IMG/VR virus record: IMGVR_UViG_3300006213_000002
Span: 1-64,000 of that record
Source: an uncultured virus (IMG/VR IMGVR_UViG_3300006213_000002)
Lineage: Duplodnaviria > Heunggongvirae > Uroviricota > Caudoviricetes
Reading direction: 5' to 3' (one strand)
Length of the DNA stretch: 64,000 nucleotides
Positions within the stretch are counted from its first letter, which is position 1; each line of letters begins with the position of its first letter. The position numbers and the translations under genes were made by a program. This document shows, piece after piece, positions 29,214-40,164 of the stretch. The notes beneath the pieces were generated by a model, which worked only from the letters and a program-made list of their open reading frames with translations, ran no database searches and had not been told where the DNA came from.

Positions 29214-29753
29214 TTATTTAAATATTTTATTTAAAATTACTATTATAATTCTAATTAGTAGAATAATAGCAAATAATAAATAACCAATTTGAAACATAAA
29301 TGAAAATACTTTTTCAAGAATTATCTTAAATGTATTTAAATTCGGATAATCAATACATGCATAATTTACTAATATTGACATAAAATATGATTCCATTGAT
29401 ATTATTAAAAAGATAAATGATAATTTTGACATTGGGTGTTTTAAAAACTTATCAATGAAATATGTTAATATTGTGCCTGAAAAAGATATTGGTAATAATA
29501 ACGATATTGTTTTAAAGATATTATGATCAACCCCGAACATAATATTAGCAATTAATAAAGAAAATATACTAACTAATATAAATTCTTTCCATCTTATATA
29601 TTTCATAATATCAACAATATCGTCTATTATTATAGTAAACCTATTATTTTCTTTTTTATTCTTTATTTTCAATTTTTTAAATCTCCTTTCAATAAATAAT
29701 GATATTGGGAGTAAATTACTCCCAATATCATTTATCTTATATTTTACATTCAA
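29214..29753 (-). CDS. Membrane protein (about 4 TM segments)
   Basis: Multiple hydrophobic stretches. Confidence 0.6.
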   Translation of the reverse strand: MNVKYKINDIGSNLLPISLFIERRFKKLKIKNKKENNRFTIIIDDIVDIMKYIRWKEFILVSIFSLLIANIMFGVDHNIFKTISLLLPISFSGTILTYFIDKFLKHPMSKLSFIFLIISMESYFMSILVNYACIDYPNLNTFKIILEKVFSFMFQIGYLLFAIILLIRIIIVILNKIFK

Positions 29754-29940
29754 TTATAGAATTATCATTCTTATTAATGAATATCAGATAATGTGTCTTA
29801 ATTGTATCACGTGATAAAGAACCACCTCTGTATTGTTCAGTCTTTGATTTCAGATACAAATAATCATCTGGATTATATCCATTAATATTTAATATGTTTC
29901 TTTGTGATCTTGTAGGTTTTGTTCCTCTATATCTTGACAC
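29737..29940 (-). CDS. Small basic phage protein (DUF6906-like)
   Basis: GTKPTRSQRNIL..GYNPDDYLYLK; GTG start with AGGAGG. Confidence 0.55.
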   Translation of the reverse strand: MSRYRGTKPTRSQRNILNINGYNPDDYLYLKSKTEQYRGGSLSRDTIKTHYLIFINKNDNSIIECKI

Positions 29941-29958
29941 TTATTTTTTCCTCCTATG

Positions 29959-30594
29959 TTAAATGTATATTGAAAAGCATAATTTTATTATAGCAGCATC
30001 CCATAATGAATTATGTTTAAGAATTTTGCCATCTTCTCTTTTTAGAATAGATGGTACAAGATCTTCCAGTTGGCAACATACATGTTCTTTAGCAAATTCT
30101 TCACGTGAATAATCAGCATCTTCATATTTACTTTTGAACTGCAATAATGTTGATAAATCCATCGGTATATAATAGATTTCATCTGGCAAATTAATAGCTA
30201 AACCATCTTTACATAATAATTTATTCATTAACATCCAATCATATGCATAACAATCTGAACAAAATTGTACTTTATCAGCAGATGTTATTATTAATTGGCT
30301 ATGAATCCATTTCATTAATATATCTGCTATTTCTGTTGATGATCCTTTCATTTGTATTGATGTATTTATCTTATCAGGATAATCATTTGTAAATATAAAT
30401 TTACTATCATTAATAAATAAAAGGTTATCAATTACATGTTTCTCAATCCATTCATCAATTTGTTCCTTATCATAGTCTATGAACTCTGCATAAAAGTATG
30501 CTCCTGTTTCGCTAACTATACCTAAACTGATTAATGTTGTTTCTGAATGTAATCCAGTAAATTCAGTATCAAAATATAATTTACAAAGTTTCAT
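29959..30594 (-). CDS. DEDDh 3'-5' exonuclease (RNase AS/DUF5051-like)
   Basis: YFDTEFTG, LISLGIV, AYDW, HNSLWDA. Confidence 0.85.
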   Translation of the reverse strand: MKLCKLYFDTEFTGLHSETTLISLGIVSETGAYFYAEFIDYDKEQIDEWIEKHVIDNLLFINDSKFIFTNDYPDKINTSIQMKGSSTEIADILMKWIHSQLIITSADKVQFCSDCYAYDWMLMNKLLCKDGLAINLPDEIYYIPMDLSTLLQFKSKYEDADYSREEFAKEHVCCQLEDLVPSILKREDGKILKHNSLWDAAIIKLCFSIYI

Positions 30595-30612
30595 ATTACA
30601 TAACTCCTTTCA

Positions 30613-31531
30613 TTATGCTACAGAATCAAATTCGTTTGCTGTTTCTAGAGTAATATTTGTATTAGACAATACTAAGAAATCTAACATTTGATCTATCAAC
30701 TCTCTCTTGTTGATTGTGATTTCTTGATCCAATAATCCTTGCTCTTCATATAATACAAATTTATATTTACTATTAGCAAATGTAATCAAGAATTTCTTTA
30801 TGATATCTTCTTTGATATCTACAATGGTACTATAAAACTTTTCTGTTATAAGTTTATAGGTTTCATTATCTTTTAAATATTTAATATCTTTCATATACAT
30901 TTTTTCTCCTACAGGAGTTTCTTCTATGTTAGATGTTAATATCAAAGATAATGTAGAATCCAATAGAGTATCTTTTGTTACGTTGAATCTTCTCATGATA
31001 TCTTTACGCATTATCAATAATAATGTATACCAATCAAGATTACGTAATAATGCAAATTCTGCAGATGATCTAGTATAATTAAAGAAATAAATTTCTATCA
31101 TTAACTGATGTAACCTGCTAGGTTTCATATTACGTCTATAATACTCTAATTCTTCTGTAGTAATTTCATTTGCATATTTCTGGTATAGATTCTTTACTAA
31201 GTTCTTCATATCCATAGAACATGTGATTACATATTCTTCATTCATCTTCATCTTATTTGCTCTATATCTATCATTCTTACTATTACCCTCTGCATCAGGA
31301 ATAATACTGGTTTCGATGAGATTTCTTCTAAAGACTTGGATGATGAAGATACTAATATGTGTGTTAACAATTGATGCAAGAAAACTTAAAACTCTTTCAC
31401 GAGGCTGTTCTTTTACACTATCCCATGTCTGACATATTTGAAACTTAATAAAGTTATCTATAATGACATTTCTTGTCATCAATTGATTGATAATAATTGA
31501 TATATCTTTTCCTTCGATCTCTTGTTGTTCG
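30613..31531 (-). CDS. Exon 2 of an intron-split 574-aa protein (candidate nvRNAP promoter-specificity subunit)
   Basis: C GAA CAA CAA after the terminal G at 31532; joins exon 1 as KSI-F-EQQEIEG; 806+919 = 1725 nt, in frame. Confidence 0.8.
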
Positions 31532-31918
31532 CAGTTATCTTAACTCTACATCTCTATAGACGCTGTGACTATATCATTATAGTATTTATTATATTACCTA
31601 TATTATGAGCTTCCATTACATATGTACTCTACTAACTATATTTGATATACGTATTTCTCGTATATCATAGCTTTTCGATAGTCGATGAACTTTTATCTAT
31701 ATAATAGATACTTAACTACCTATGATCTTCTCTACTAATATGATTTTACCATCCGATAGTCGTTATACTATCTGCTAACTTATATTATTACTAATATAAT
31801 GCGGTTATATTAGACTAACAAGAAGTTCCGGTAATCCACATAATTTATCCATCTCTAAACTCTTTCAAATATTAACTATTCTTTTGATAAGTTAATCTTG
31901 AAAGTATAAATTGATTTC
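31532..31918 (-). mobile_element. Group I intron (387 nt, no ORF)
   Basis: Exon CAUCUU pairs with IGS GAGAUG via U-G; P attaccgg, Q ggtag, R gttcatcgacta, S gatatagtc; P3 ttatg/cataa. Confidence 0.85.
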
Positions 31919-32724
31919 AAGATGCTTTTATTAAAATTATAAGAACTATTGCATTTGTTCTCTATATAACTCCATATTTTATTATAAATATTAAAATCAT
32001 GCTCAAAGACATTAAACATATCAATATAGAATCTATAAAAGATTTCTATATTCTTTTGAATATTTATTGATCTCATTACTGCAAAATGATTTATAATAAA
32101 AGACAGAATCTTTATTCCAAATGAAATTTCTAACATAGCTTTTACATGTACATTTAGAAATTCCAATGATTTTTTCTTACGTTGCATAATTGATAACATA
32201 TCCGGATTGCTCATATTTCTAACATTTTCTGCTTCAATATCATCCACATAATTTTCTTCAATCATGCGTGTAATTTTTTCTTTCATCGATTCCGTAAAAA
32301 TTGTTTTATAACAAAGATCTTTAAATGCATCAAAGTTTTTCATTGTATATGATACATTATCAGCATCTATCAAATATTTAATTCTGAATAATGCTGTTAT
32401 TAGTTCACCTTCCTGATCATACATTGTCTCAAAGAAATTTAATTCTTCACACATACGAGGAAGATAAGATGAGTATGATAATTTTGTTACTTTAAACTCA
32501 TTAAGTGCAGCTATATTCTCATTATTTACTTTATCTAATTCCTTGTTAAATTTAACAATCATTAATTTAGGTAAACAAAAGAACCTAGCATCATCTGGAT
32601 ATAATTTCCACTTAATCCAATAAGAAGATTTACCATTAGGAAATGAATTCTTTTTATATTTCCATCTCTTTAGTTCAACAATCTTCTCGATTGGTTTTAT
32701 TGCTGTCAGTTGTAACATTACCAT
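31919..32724 (-). CDS. Exon 1 of the intron-split 574-aa protein
   Basis: AAGGAGG RBS; reading frame runs into the intron. Confidence 0.8.
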
Positions 32725-32763
32725 CCTCCTTTTTCATTATTCTATTCATATATTCGTCTCTCA

Positions 32764-33513
32764 TTATTTTGTCTCCTTCATTGATATAAACGATTCTACT
32801 AATTGGAATTTATTAACAGACTCTGTGATACCTATTCTAACATATGGATGTTCTTTCATTAGTTTAGTTAAATCATATTTGAATATTTCAATAAAATCAA
32901 TATAATTATATCTATAATCTGCTGATAGTAGTATATGTGAACAGGTACCCATTAATATTTCCGATGATCTTTTAACCAATTCGATGTCTGAAAATATATA
33001 TGTAAAATTTTCTGTAGTTTGTTTCAAACATTCGGTCAAATCACCAAAAATATATTTTACATCCATACCGGAGAAAATATTTTTTATATCTTCTTTTATA
33101 TATGGCTCTTCTTTTTCACTATATACAAATATAGGAATTTGAATATTCTGCTTTTTACATTGATCCAATATAATAGAAATATTTAATGCTGGGCTTAACT
33201 GATAGATGGTTTTATCATGTAATAAATAACCCCATAACATATTATCTAAAATATCATCAGTAAGTTGATGGTTATAATCTAAACATTTAAATGGATTAAT
33301 ATATCTTCGATTCATATACCATTCAATAATTGAAATTATTGACATATTTTTGATAATGTTTATTGGTAATCCAAATGAATTTTTAGTAGCAATCATTTTT
33401 ACTATTGCATATAAATAAACAGGTTTTATTATATCATGATATTGTATAAACATACCTGCACCGCCAGCAAATAATTCATTTGTATTGAAATTATTATTAT
33501 CATCAGTAAGCAT
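32764..33513 (-). CDS. Hypothetical protein, possibly a degenerate HAD fold
   Basis: 249 aa; AGGAGG RBS; IPIFVYS and TYIFSD strands. Confidence 0.6.
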   Translation of the reverse strand: MLTDDNNNFNTNELFAGGAGMFIQYHDIIKPVYLYAIVKMIATKNSFGLPINIIKNMSIISIIEWYMNRRYINPFKCLDYNHQLTDDILDNMLWGYLLHDKTIYQLSPALNISIILDQCKKQNIQIPIFVYSEKEEPYIKEDIKNIFSGMDVKYIFGDLTECLKQTTENFTYIFSDIELVKRSSEILMGTCSHILLSADYRYNYIDFIEIFKYDLTKLMKEHPYVRIGITESVNKFQLVESFISMKETK

Positions 33514-33594
33514 TGTGTATAAACCTCCTTCCTTATTATTTTATTTATATTAATATGGATGAGGAATTAACCTCATCCATATTAAATATCTTTT

Positions 33595-34314
33595 TTATGT
33601 CGGATTATATGTGCTCATATCCTGTTGTTTCCATCCCTGTTGATTATTGTTATTATAATTATTACCATTATAAGATTTCTTATTGTAATTATTATTGTAT
33701 GGCTTCTTATAATTACTATTATTATTAAACTTATTCTGATAATTACTATTGTTATTTTGTGTATTATTACCATTCTTATTTAAAGAATTAACATAATCTT
33801 CTGTGAGCTTATCAAGATGACGATCTGCATTAATTCCTGTAGAATATCCTTTTACAATACTCAAGAATGATTTTAATCCACTCTCAACTACCTTAGTAAC
33901 TATTTGACCATTCTCTTTAACCTGAATAGTCATAGTCTGGAACTTAAATGGAATTGTAACACCATTTTTAGATATACTAAATATTGTTTCCATAGTTCCA
34001 TTTTGCCCAAGTTTTCTTTCAAGATTTAAAGATGCACCGCCAGCACATGGAATAGGTAGATTACATTCTTGAATTTTACCATTAATAATATCTTCAATAG
34101 TTAACTCTAATGCAGCTGCACCTTCAAAATTAACAGTTGTTACTTGACCATTTTTCATATCATATGAGCTTTTTCCTAAATTATCTTTTGAGATAAATGG
34201 ATATAAACTAAATGATAGATTAGTATTGAAGAATTTTATATTCATATATGACATTCCATCTGAATATAAATTTCTTATCTGGGTAGTAGTATTTGTATTA
34301 ATAGTTTCTGACAT
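33595..34314 (-). CDS. Hypothetical protein with Asn/Tyr-rich tail, possibly ssDNA-binding
   Basis: Beta-rich core plus low-complexity tail; lies in the DNA polymerase operon. Confidence 0.5.
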   Translation of the reverse strand: MSETINTNTTTQIRNLYSDGMSYMNIKFFNTNLSFSLYPFISKDNLGKSSYDMKNGQVTTVNFEGAAALELTIEDIINGKIQECNLPIPCAGGASLNLERKLGQNGTMETIFSISKNGVTIPFKFQTMTIQVKENGQIVTKVVESGLKSFLSIVKGYSTGINADRHLDKLTEDYVNSLNKNGNNTQNNNSNYQNKFNNNSNYKKPYNNNYNKKSYNGNNYNNNNQQGWKQQDMSTYNPT

Positions 34315-34315
34315 T

Positions 34316-35095
34316 TTAAATTCCTCCTTCTGGATTTGTGATTTTGTTACTAAGTTGATGTAATAGATCTATATCACTTATAATATCAACTTCTAATTCA
34401 TTATTTTCGTATAACTTTGGTGTATATTTTCTCATAAAATTACCAGATATATCCATATTATCATATAATTCTATAATATCTTCATCTGCTGTATATTTTA
34501 GGAAATCTATTGGTGTCATTTTTAATAGAGGAGAATATTCTTGTATTAGATTTCTTGTCAATGTAAATAATTCGTCCTCTACTAATTCTTGTGGTATTTT
34601 TGTCATCATATCTTTAGCAATAACATTCCTGAAATTGTTTCTAGCATTTAATATAAAAAACTCGTATGATTTTCTTATAGCAAATTCTTGTTCATCAACA
34701 TCAGGAGTAGATTGATCATCTAATGCATTAATATTTAATGCTAATCTATTTTTAAATAAATTTGAAATATGATCAATAAATTTATCTTTTATATTATCTA
34801 ATACTTCAAGTTCTTCTTGTTTATGAATGTCATCATCATCTGATATTACTTTTTCATATGAATAATTATATTGAGTATAAAAGATATCGACATAATCAGT
34901 TTTATCCTCAGTTCTAATATAATTTTGAAATTGTTCTGTTAATCCCTCTATAATAGTATCCATAGGATAATCTCCCTCAAATACAGAATCTCTAATTAAA
35001 TCTGTATAATCTAAGGGAGATTCATAATCTCTTGCATCAAAATCTTCATCTTCATCTACCATTATACCAGAATATTCCATAAATGCATTAATCAT
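34316..35095 (-). CDS. Acidic hypothetical protein
   Basis: 259 aa; AAGGAG RBS. Confidence 0.7.
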   Translation of the reverse strand: MINAFMEYSGIMVDEDEDFDARDYESPLDYTDLIRDSVFEGDYPMDTIIEGLTEQFQNYIRTEDKTDYVDIFYTQYNYSYEKVISDDDDIHKQEELEVLDNIKDKFIDHISNLFKNRLALNINALDDQSTPDVDEQEFAIRKSYEFFILNARNNFRNVIAKDMMTKIPQELVEDELFTLTRNLIQEYSPLLKMTPIDFLKYTADEDIIELYDNMDISGNFMRKYTPKLYENNELEVDIISDIDLLHQLSNKITNPEGGI

Positions 35096-35146
35096 ATCTT
35101 ATTCTCCTTTTATTTTGTTTAATATTGTTCTTAACAATTTATGTTA

Positions 35147-37213
35147 TTATAAGCTAATAAGACATGAATTAATAGCTGCATCTCCATTTGGAGTTTTATA
35201 ATACATTTCTTCTATATTTAATGCATCTAATACAGAACGGAATGATGATATAACATCAGATATGATTATATCATAATCAATTAATGGAATTAACCAATCA
35301 GGTATTTTCTTTACACTCTTTGGAATACATATTACTTTTAATCCTGCTTTTCTTATTTCAGGTTTTTCTGAATGATAAATCTTATTAACTACCATATTAT
35401 ATTCATTAGGAAATGTATTCTTTATTTTCTCTAATGCCTGTTCATTAACTGTTATAAGTTTAAGGATATTTACTCTATCTAATGAATAAATTTTTCTAGA
35501 TGGATATAATTCATTCCATATAGATGATCCTCTAAATACCGGTAGTTGCCAAGCTTTTTCTACTGATTTATATCCGCTTTCAACCTTATATGCTTGCTGT
35601 TTAAGATATTTCATTCCTCCTATCTTTAAATCATGATATATTTCTTTTTCAAATCGTTTTAAATCATCCATCAAAGCATGTAATTCAAGTTCTTCAGAAA
35701 ATAGGATATGTTTTTCTAACATTTTTGTGAATCTATCCGTAACGTCTTTAGTTACTCCTGCCTTTATAAAATCCATTCCTTTTATTTCAAGTTTAAAAGG
35801 CATCATAATATTTCCTTCTCTTAATACAATGGATGCCGCATATCTTTTCTTCTTTGTCATAATAAAGAATCTTCTAAACATAAATTCATTCTTCATTGTC
35901 AATTCTGCTCTTGCTTCTGGACCCATATGATGTATTCTTCCATAATAATCTAATAACTTAGCTACAGAATCATCTAACATATTAGCTAATATATTTACTA
36001 ATATCATTTCATTATATAATCTCTTTCTACCAAATGTTTCATGTGGAAATATTTGATGTATAATAAATGATACAAATAAATCAGCATTAATAATATTTGA
36101 ATCTGTATCTACTAATAATACAGTATTTCTATAATGATTATTTAGTTTAACTATACTATCTGGGGTACAATATTCAACATATATAAATTGATGTAATAAT
36201 TCTCTCAATCTCTTCATAGGTTCTACTATACAATCTGGAACTGTATATGGATCAAGAAACATTACTTTTGATACCCATTTATTATATTTATCAACATCAC
36301 TACTTGTTGCATCAGATTCAAACTTCCCTCTAAATTCTATTGGTAATTCTTTTTCTACTGCTTCAAAGTTAGGTAATGTATATAATACTTGTCTTATTAA
36401 ATCTATAACTTCTTCATGATTTTTTATGAATGATCTTAAATTATTTGCATAATATAAATAAATCAATTCATCTTTTGATCTATTTTCTATATAACATTTT
36501 AATCCATCATAATCACTTCTATCAAACATGTAAAAATGCTTTACTATTCTATGGAATACATCAATATGTGTTGGGCATTTAACCCATTTAGGTACTTTAT
36601 CTTTCTTTTCTAAAACTTTATTCATCCAATCATAACATTCATTAACATGAAAGAACTTTTGGTTATCTCCTACATATGATTCAAAGAATGCTGCCATTGT
36701 TGTAATAATACTTTGAGCCATTAATGTTGTTGCTGCAGGTGAATATTTTGTATAAAATGCTGCAGTTGGTGCACCAGAACCACCATAATCTGCATTCATA
36801 ATAACTTTCTTATTAGCTTGATCTAAATCAAGCATTGCATATTCATCACTATTAGGATTATATTTAAACATTTCTTTTTTAACTGCTTTACGACCTTTCT
36901 TTAATCCTCTTAGCATGCTTGATGTAGGTGATTCTAATTCTTCTGGTTGGCAATAGAATGTTGCATTGCCTGATACAACTGGATTTCTCTTTTCAATCCA
37001 ATTACACATTTCAGTCAAAGTTATAGTTGCACCATCCCCTGTAACATTATTATCCATAATAATAGTTGGATCTTTCATCCGTTGTTTAACCATTCTAGTT
37101 ACAACTTGTTTTATATCTTCTTCATCCATATTAGGTTCAATTCGTTTTATAGTTTCTATGGTAGATGTAATGAAATCCTTTTTTATAGCCATAAATTTAA
37201 TTTTCCTTTCCAT
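35147..37213 (-). CDS. Family B DNA polymerase, C-terminal part of a phiKZ-type split enzyme
   Basis: KKVIMNADYG (motif B), VDTDS (motif C), KKKRYA, IKGMDF; no exonuclease motifs or motif A seen. Confidence 0.88.
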   Translation of the reverse strand: MERKIKFMAIKKDFITSTIETIKRIEPNMDEEDIKQVVTRMVKQRMKDPTIIMDNNVTGDGATITLTEMCNWIEKRNPVVSGNATFYCQPEELESPTSSMLRGLKKGRKAVKKEMFKYNPNSDEYAMLDLDQANKKVIMNADYGGSGAPTAAFYTKYSPAATTLMAQSIITTMAAFFESYVGDNQKFFHVNECYDWMNKVLEKKDKVPKWVKCPTHIDVFHRIVKHFYMFDRSDYDGLKCYIENRSKDELIYLYYANNLRSFIKNHEEVIDLIRQVLYTLPNFEAVEKELPIEFRGKFESDATSSDVDKYNKWVSKVMFLDPYTVPDCIVEPMKRLRELLHQFIYVEYCTPDSIVKLNNHYRNTVLLVDTDSNIINADLFVSFIIHQIFPHETFGRKRLYNEMILVNILANMLDDSVAKLLDYYGRIHHMGPEARAELTMKNEFMFRRFFIMTKKKRYAASIVLREGNIMMPFKLEIKGMDFIKAGVTKDVTDRFTKMLEKHILFSEELELHALMDDLKRFEKEIYHDLKIGGMKYLKQQAYKVESGYKSVEKAWQLPVFRGSSIWNELYPSRKIYSLDRVNILKLITVNEQALEKIKNTFPNEYNMVVNKIYHSEKPEIRKAGLKVICIPKSVKKIPDWLIPLIDYDIIISDVISSFRSVLDALNIEEMYYKTPNGDAAINSCLISL

Positions 37214-37266
37214 TTTTTGTTACATAAATAATATACATTTAAAAATCTGATCAAAAAGTAAATAAA

Positions 37267-37301
37267 AATTATCTAGAGGGATTAAATCCCTCTAGATAAT
37301 T
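37267..37301. terminator. Intrinsic terminator
   Basis: aattatctagaggga-ttaaa-tccctctagataatt. Confidence 0.8.
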
Positions 37302-37304
37302 ATA

Positions 37305-38165
37305 TTATTCATTTATTTCAGTATTTTCTTCTATTTTCTTTACGCCTATAATAGATGAAATTACAATCTGATTGAGATTACCTGATCTGATCTTAAATGT
37401 AATTGGATCTGTTGTTCCTTCTCTAACTTCATATTCATCTCCTGATGTGTCAACTTCTTCAATTTCCGTATTAGTTACAAAAGGAATATAAGATCTAACC
37501 TCTTCATTATCAAGAATTTCTTTATTTAATTGAATAGGACACATGGCCGATTCACAACTAATTGTAAGAATTTCATTATCTGTAATCTTAATATCCATAT
37601 TACTTGGAGGAAACATAATTTTTCTTTCAAGGGAAGGTAATAATTGCATTAATTGTAATACAGATTCTTCTACAATATATTCATATGTCTTATCAGATAC
37701 TTCATATCCTTCTTCAAAAATATTTAAATCTCTATCCTCAAAAAATATTTGATTATCTTCTTTATTGAGAGAAAATTTTCTAATAATAGAAGATACAATT
37801 GATTTTTGGATATTAGGAATAATATAAAGATCAAATATTGTTTTAAGTAATTCAATATTTTCTGGTTTGAATAATATTAATTCAGGTATATCAATATATT
37901 TCTGGATATAATGATTATTACTCATTTCATCTATTAAATCATATGATAAATGTTTAATAAATTCTCCATCTGGATTTAAAAAATCAGATACAGATTTCAT
38001 ATTTGGACAGAATATAATTTCACGTTGTTTTACAATATGTTTTAACTTCATAAGATAATTTGGATAAACATATGAAGCTACTCCATTAATTATTGACCAT
38101 TGTAACAATTCGATCTTCGATTTGTGGTCTTCCATAGCAATTTTAATTTTTTTATTGAATCCCAT
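37305..38165 (-). CDS. Hypothetical protein
   Basis: 286-aa ORF. Confidence 0.7.
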   Translation of the reverse strand: MGFNKKIKIAMEDHKSKIELLQWSIINGVASYVYPNYLMKLKHIVKQREIIFCPNMKSVSDFLNPDGEFIKHLSYDLIDEMSNNHYIQKYIDIPELILFKPENIELLKTIFDLYIIPNIQKSIVSSIIRKFSLNKEDNQIFFEDRDLNIFEEGYEVSDKTYEYIVEESVLQLMQLLPSLERKIMFPPSNMDIKITDNEILTISCESAMCPIQLNKEILDNEEVRSYIPFVTNTEIEEVDTSGDEYEVREGTTDPITFKIRSGNLNQIVISSIIGVKKIEENTEINE

Positions 38166-38221
38166 AATTCAATCCACCTTTCTTTAAAATCTAATAAATA
38201 TATGTAAAGGAGATATTTAAA

Positions 38222-39514
38222 ATGTATAAACCAATTAATCTTCCAAAAATAGAAAATAACAAAAATAAAATTGAATTATTTAGTGAGAATACTGGATTTG
38301 ATATATTCACAGAAGCAGTATTTTTAAATGGCAAAGAAACCATTGCTCCTATAGTCGATAAATTAAAAATTATAAGAGATGAATTATTAAAAGAAATAGG
38401 ATTACAAAAATCAACTTTTAATACTCAGAATAAACAGATATTTGTACCAAAAGAATTTTGGAAACATCAATACTTCAAAGATTTAGAAAATACTATACAA
38501 GAAATATTTGGATTTAGAGCTGTAATGATTAATCCATGGATAGAAAAATATAATCATAGAACAGATGAATTTGAATCTAAGGAATTAAATTGCATGGTAT
38601 ATAGTCATGATAGATACCCAATTGATGGATTAGTTACAGAAAAAGGATTTTATGATACAACTCATTCATGTATAATGGAAATATGGATATCTTTAGGTTT
38701 AATTAAAGTTTTAACTCCTGAAGAGATACTCGCAATAATACTACATGAATTTGGTCATAATATTGATCCTGCTATAGTAGATATAAAATATGCTGAGACT
38801 AATATTTTATCTAAATATCTTACTGATAGAGAAGCTGAAATGAATCCAGCGGAAAAGAAATTAAAGAATATTACTAAATATCCATTTATGGATTCTATAT
38901 TAGATTATATGGGTAATAATATAAAGAAACTTACATTTAGTTTACAACAATTTTTCAGTAAAGATAAATTTATAAATAATCCAACAATACATAATTTTTC
39001 TTTAAAAGATATTTTTACATCTCATAATAAAAAGATACAAAAACGAATAGATGCTATTCAAAATCAAATCAAAAATGAAAAGAATCAATTTAATTACCAT
39101 TTATATAGTGAAGCATTTGCAGATAATTTTGTAAGAATGTATGGATATGCAGTCTATTTATCATCTTCATTTCAAAAGATGAGTAAAGATACTGATAATT
39201 ATGTAAAATCAAGATATCAAAAAGAAAAAGAAAGACAAAAGATTATTTTAGATATGACGGAACGAGCTTTATCAGATGTACATAAGACTGATATCCATAG
39301 AATTCATGCATTAATAAATGAATACAGAAATGATTTAAATGATCCTAATATACCAGCAGAAGTTAAAAAACAAATGCAAGATGACATTAATGAGATGATG
39401 GAAGTATTAAATGCTTATACAAAAGATTTTGATTCATTCCAGAATCAAATTAATAAAATTATTAATGAGGAATTAAGCAAAATAGATGGATTAAATGATA
39501 TAATAGAAAATTAG
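38222..39514 (+). CDS. Zn metallopeptidase (HExxH), probably virion-associated
   Basis: LTPEEILAIILHEFGH and downstream EAFADNF; N-terminal FTE-A. Confidence 0.8.
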   Translation: MYKPINLPKIENNKNKIELFSENTGFDIFTEAVFLNGKETIAPIVDKLKIIRDELLKEIGLQKSTFNTQNKQIFVPKEFWKHQYFKDLENTIQEIFGFRAVMINPWIEKYNHRTDEFESKELNCMVYSHDRYPIDGLVTEKGFYDTTHSCIMEIWISLGLIKVLTPEEILAIILHEFGHNIDPAIVDIKYAETNILSKYLTDREAEMNPAEKKLKNITKYPFMDSILDYMGNNIKKLTFSLQQFFSKDKFINNPTIHNFSLKDIFTSHNKKIQKRIDAIQNQIKNEKNQFNYHLYSEAFADNFVRMYGYAVYLSSSFQKMSKDTDNYVKSRYQKEKERQKIILDMTERALSDVHKTDIHRIHALINEYRNDLNDPNIPAEVKKQMQDDINEMMEVLNAYTKDFDSFQNQINKIINEELSKIDGLNDIIEN

Positions 39515-39526
39515 TAATAAAAGATA

Positions 39527-39560
39527 AGAAGAAGAGGGATTGATTAATCCCTCTTCTTCT
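39527..39560. terminator. Bidirectional terminator
   Basis: agaagaagagggatt-gatt-aatccctcttcttct. Confidence 0.8.
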
Positions 39561-39639
39561 ATTTGTTATCTTGTAATAGTAGTCTTCACAAAAATAATTA
39601 CTTCATATCAATGTCAATAAATAATGCTTTTCTTGTCAC

Positions 39640-39820
39640 AAAAACGTATTCAATAAACATCGTTAAGTTTCTTTTTTGCGGTTCAATTCCCATTTCAGAA
39701 CCGCGATCTTTCACACTCTTTGTATCCGGCCGGACACCTATCTCTTTTCTTTTCTGTGGGCACCGCACATCCCCAGCGGCACTCACTCTCTTCTTATACC
39801 GCTATACTTAGCGCAATTTG
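39640..39820 (-). ncRNA. Candidate structured RNA of unknown class
   Basis: GC-rich island with serial hairpins separated by purine-rich linkers; G-U pairs favour the minus strand. Confidence 0.45.
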
Positions 39821-39847
39821 ATCTTTTTTTGAAAATATTATAGGTAC

Positions 39848-40030
39848 CTAACCATAGTCATGTTTAAAGAATCGCCTGTAAATGTCGATCGTAATACATC
39901 GACTCAATTCTTTAATGACATAATGAATTTTGAGATAGATATATGTAATAATCTTTATTCCATCTGCAGTTAAAATAAATATACCACATATACCTATGAA
40001 CGTTAATATTATAAAAATCCACGTAGTCAT
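39848..40030 (-). CDS. Small membrane protein (probable start MTTWIF at 40030)
   Basis: AAGGAGG RBS; N-terminal hydrophobic helix. Confidence 0.55.
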   Translation of the reverse strand: MTTWIFIILTFIGICGIFILTADGIKIITYIYLKIHYVIKELSRCITIDIYRRFFKHDYG

Positions 40031-40164
40031 TTTTAGCCCTCCTTTCGAATTATTACCATAAATAAAAAATACTGTATACATCTGCTATATCTAATATTGA
40101 TGGTTTAATATATTATGTATATATAAAAAACTTTTTAATATTTTATCTAATATTATATTAATTT

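Noticed and set aside
21476..32724. Stop-codon recoding as the cause of fragmented RNAP genes
   Set aside because: TAA, TAG and TGA all end genes normally, and the breaks coincide with group I intron motifs.
39563..39811. Overlapping 82-aa (+) and 62-aa (-) ORFs; also considered as a tRNA
   Set aside because: No RBS, atypical composition, and no cloverleaf with T-loop and acceptor stem; better explained as a structured element.
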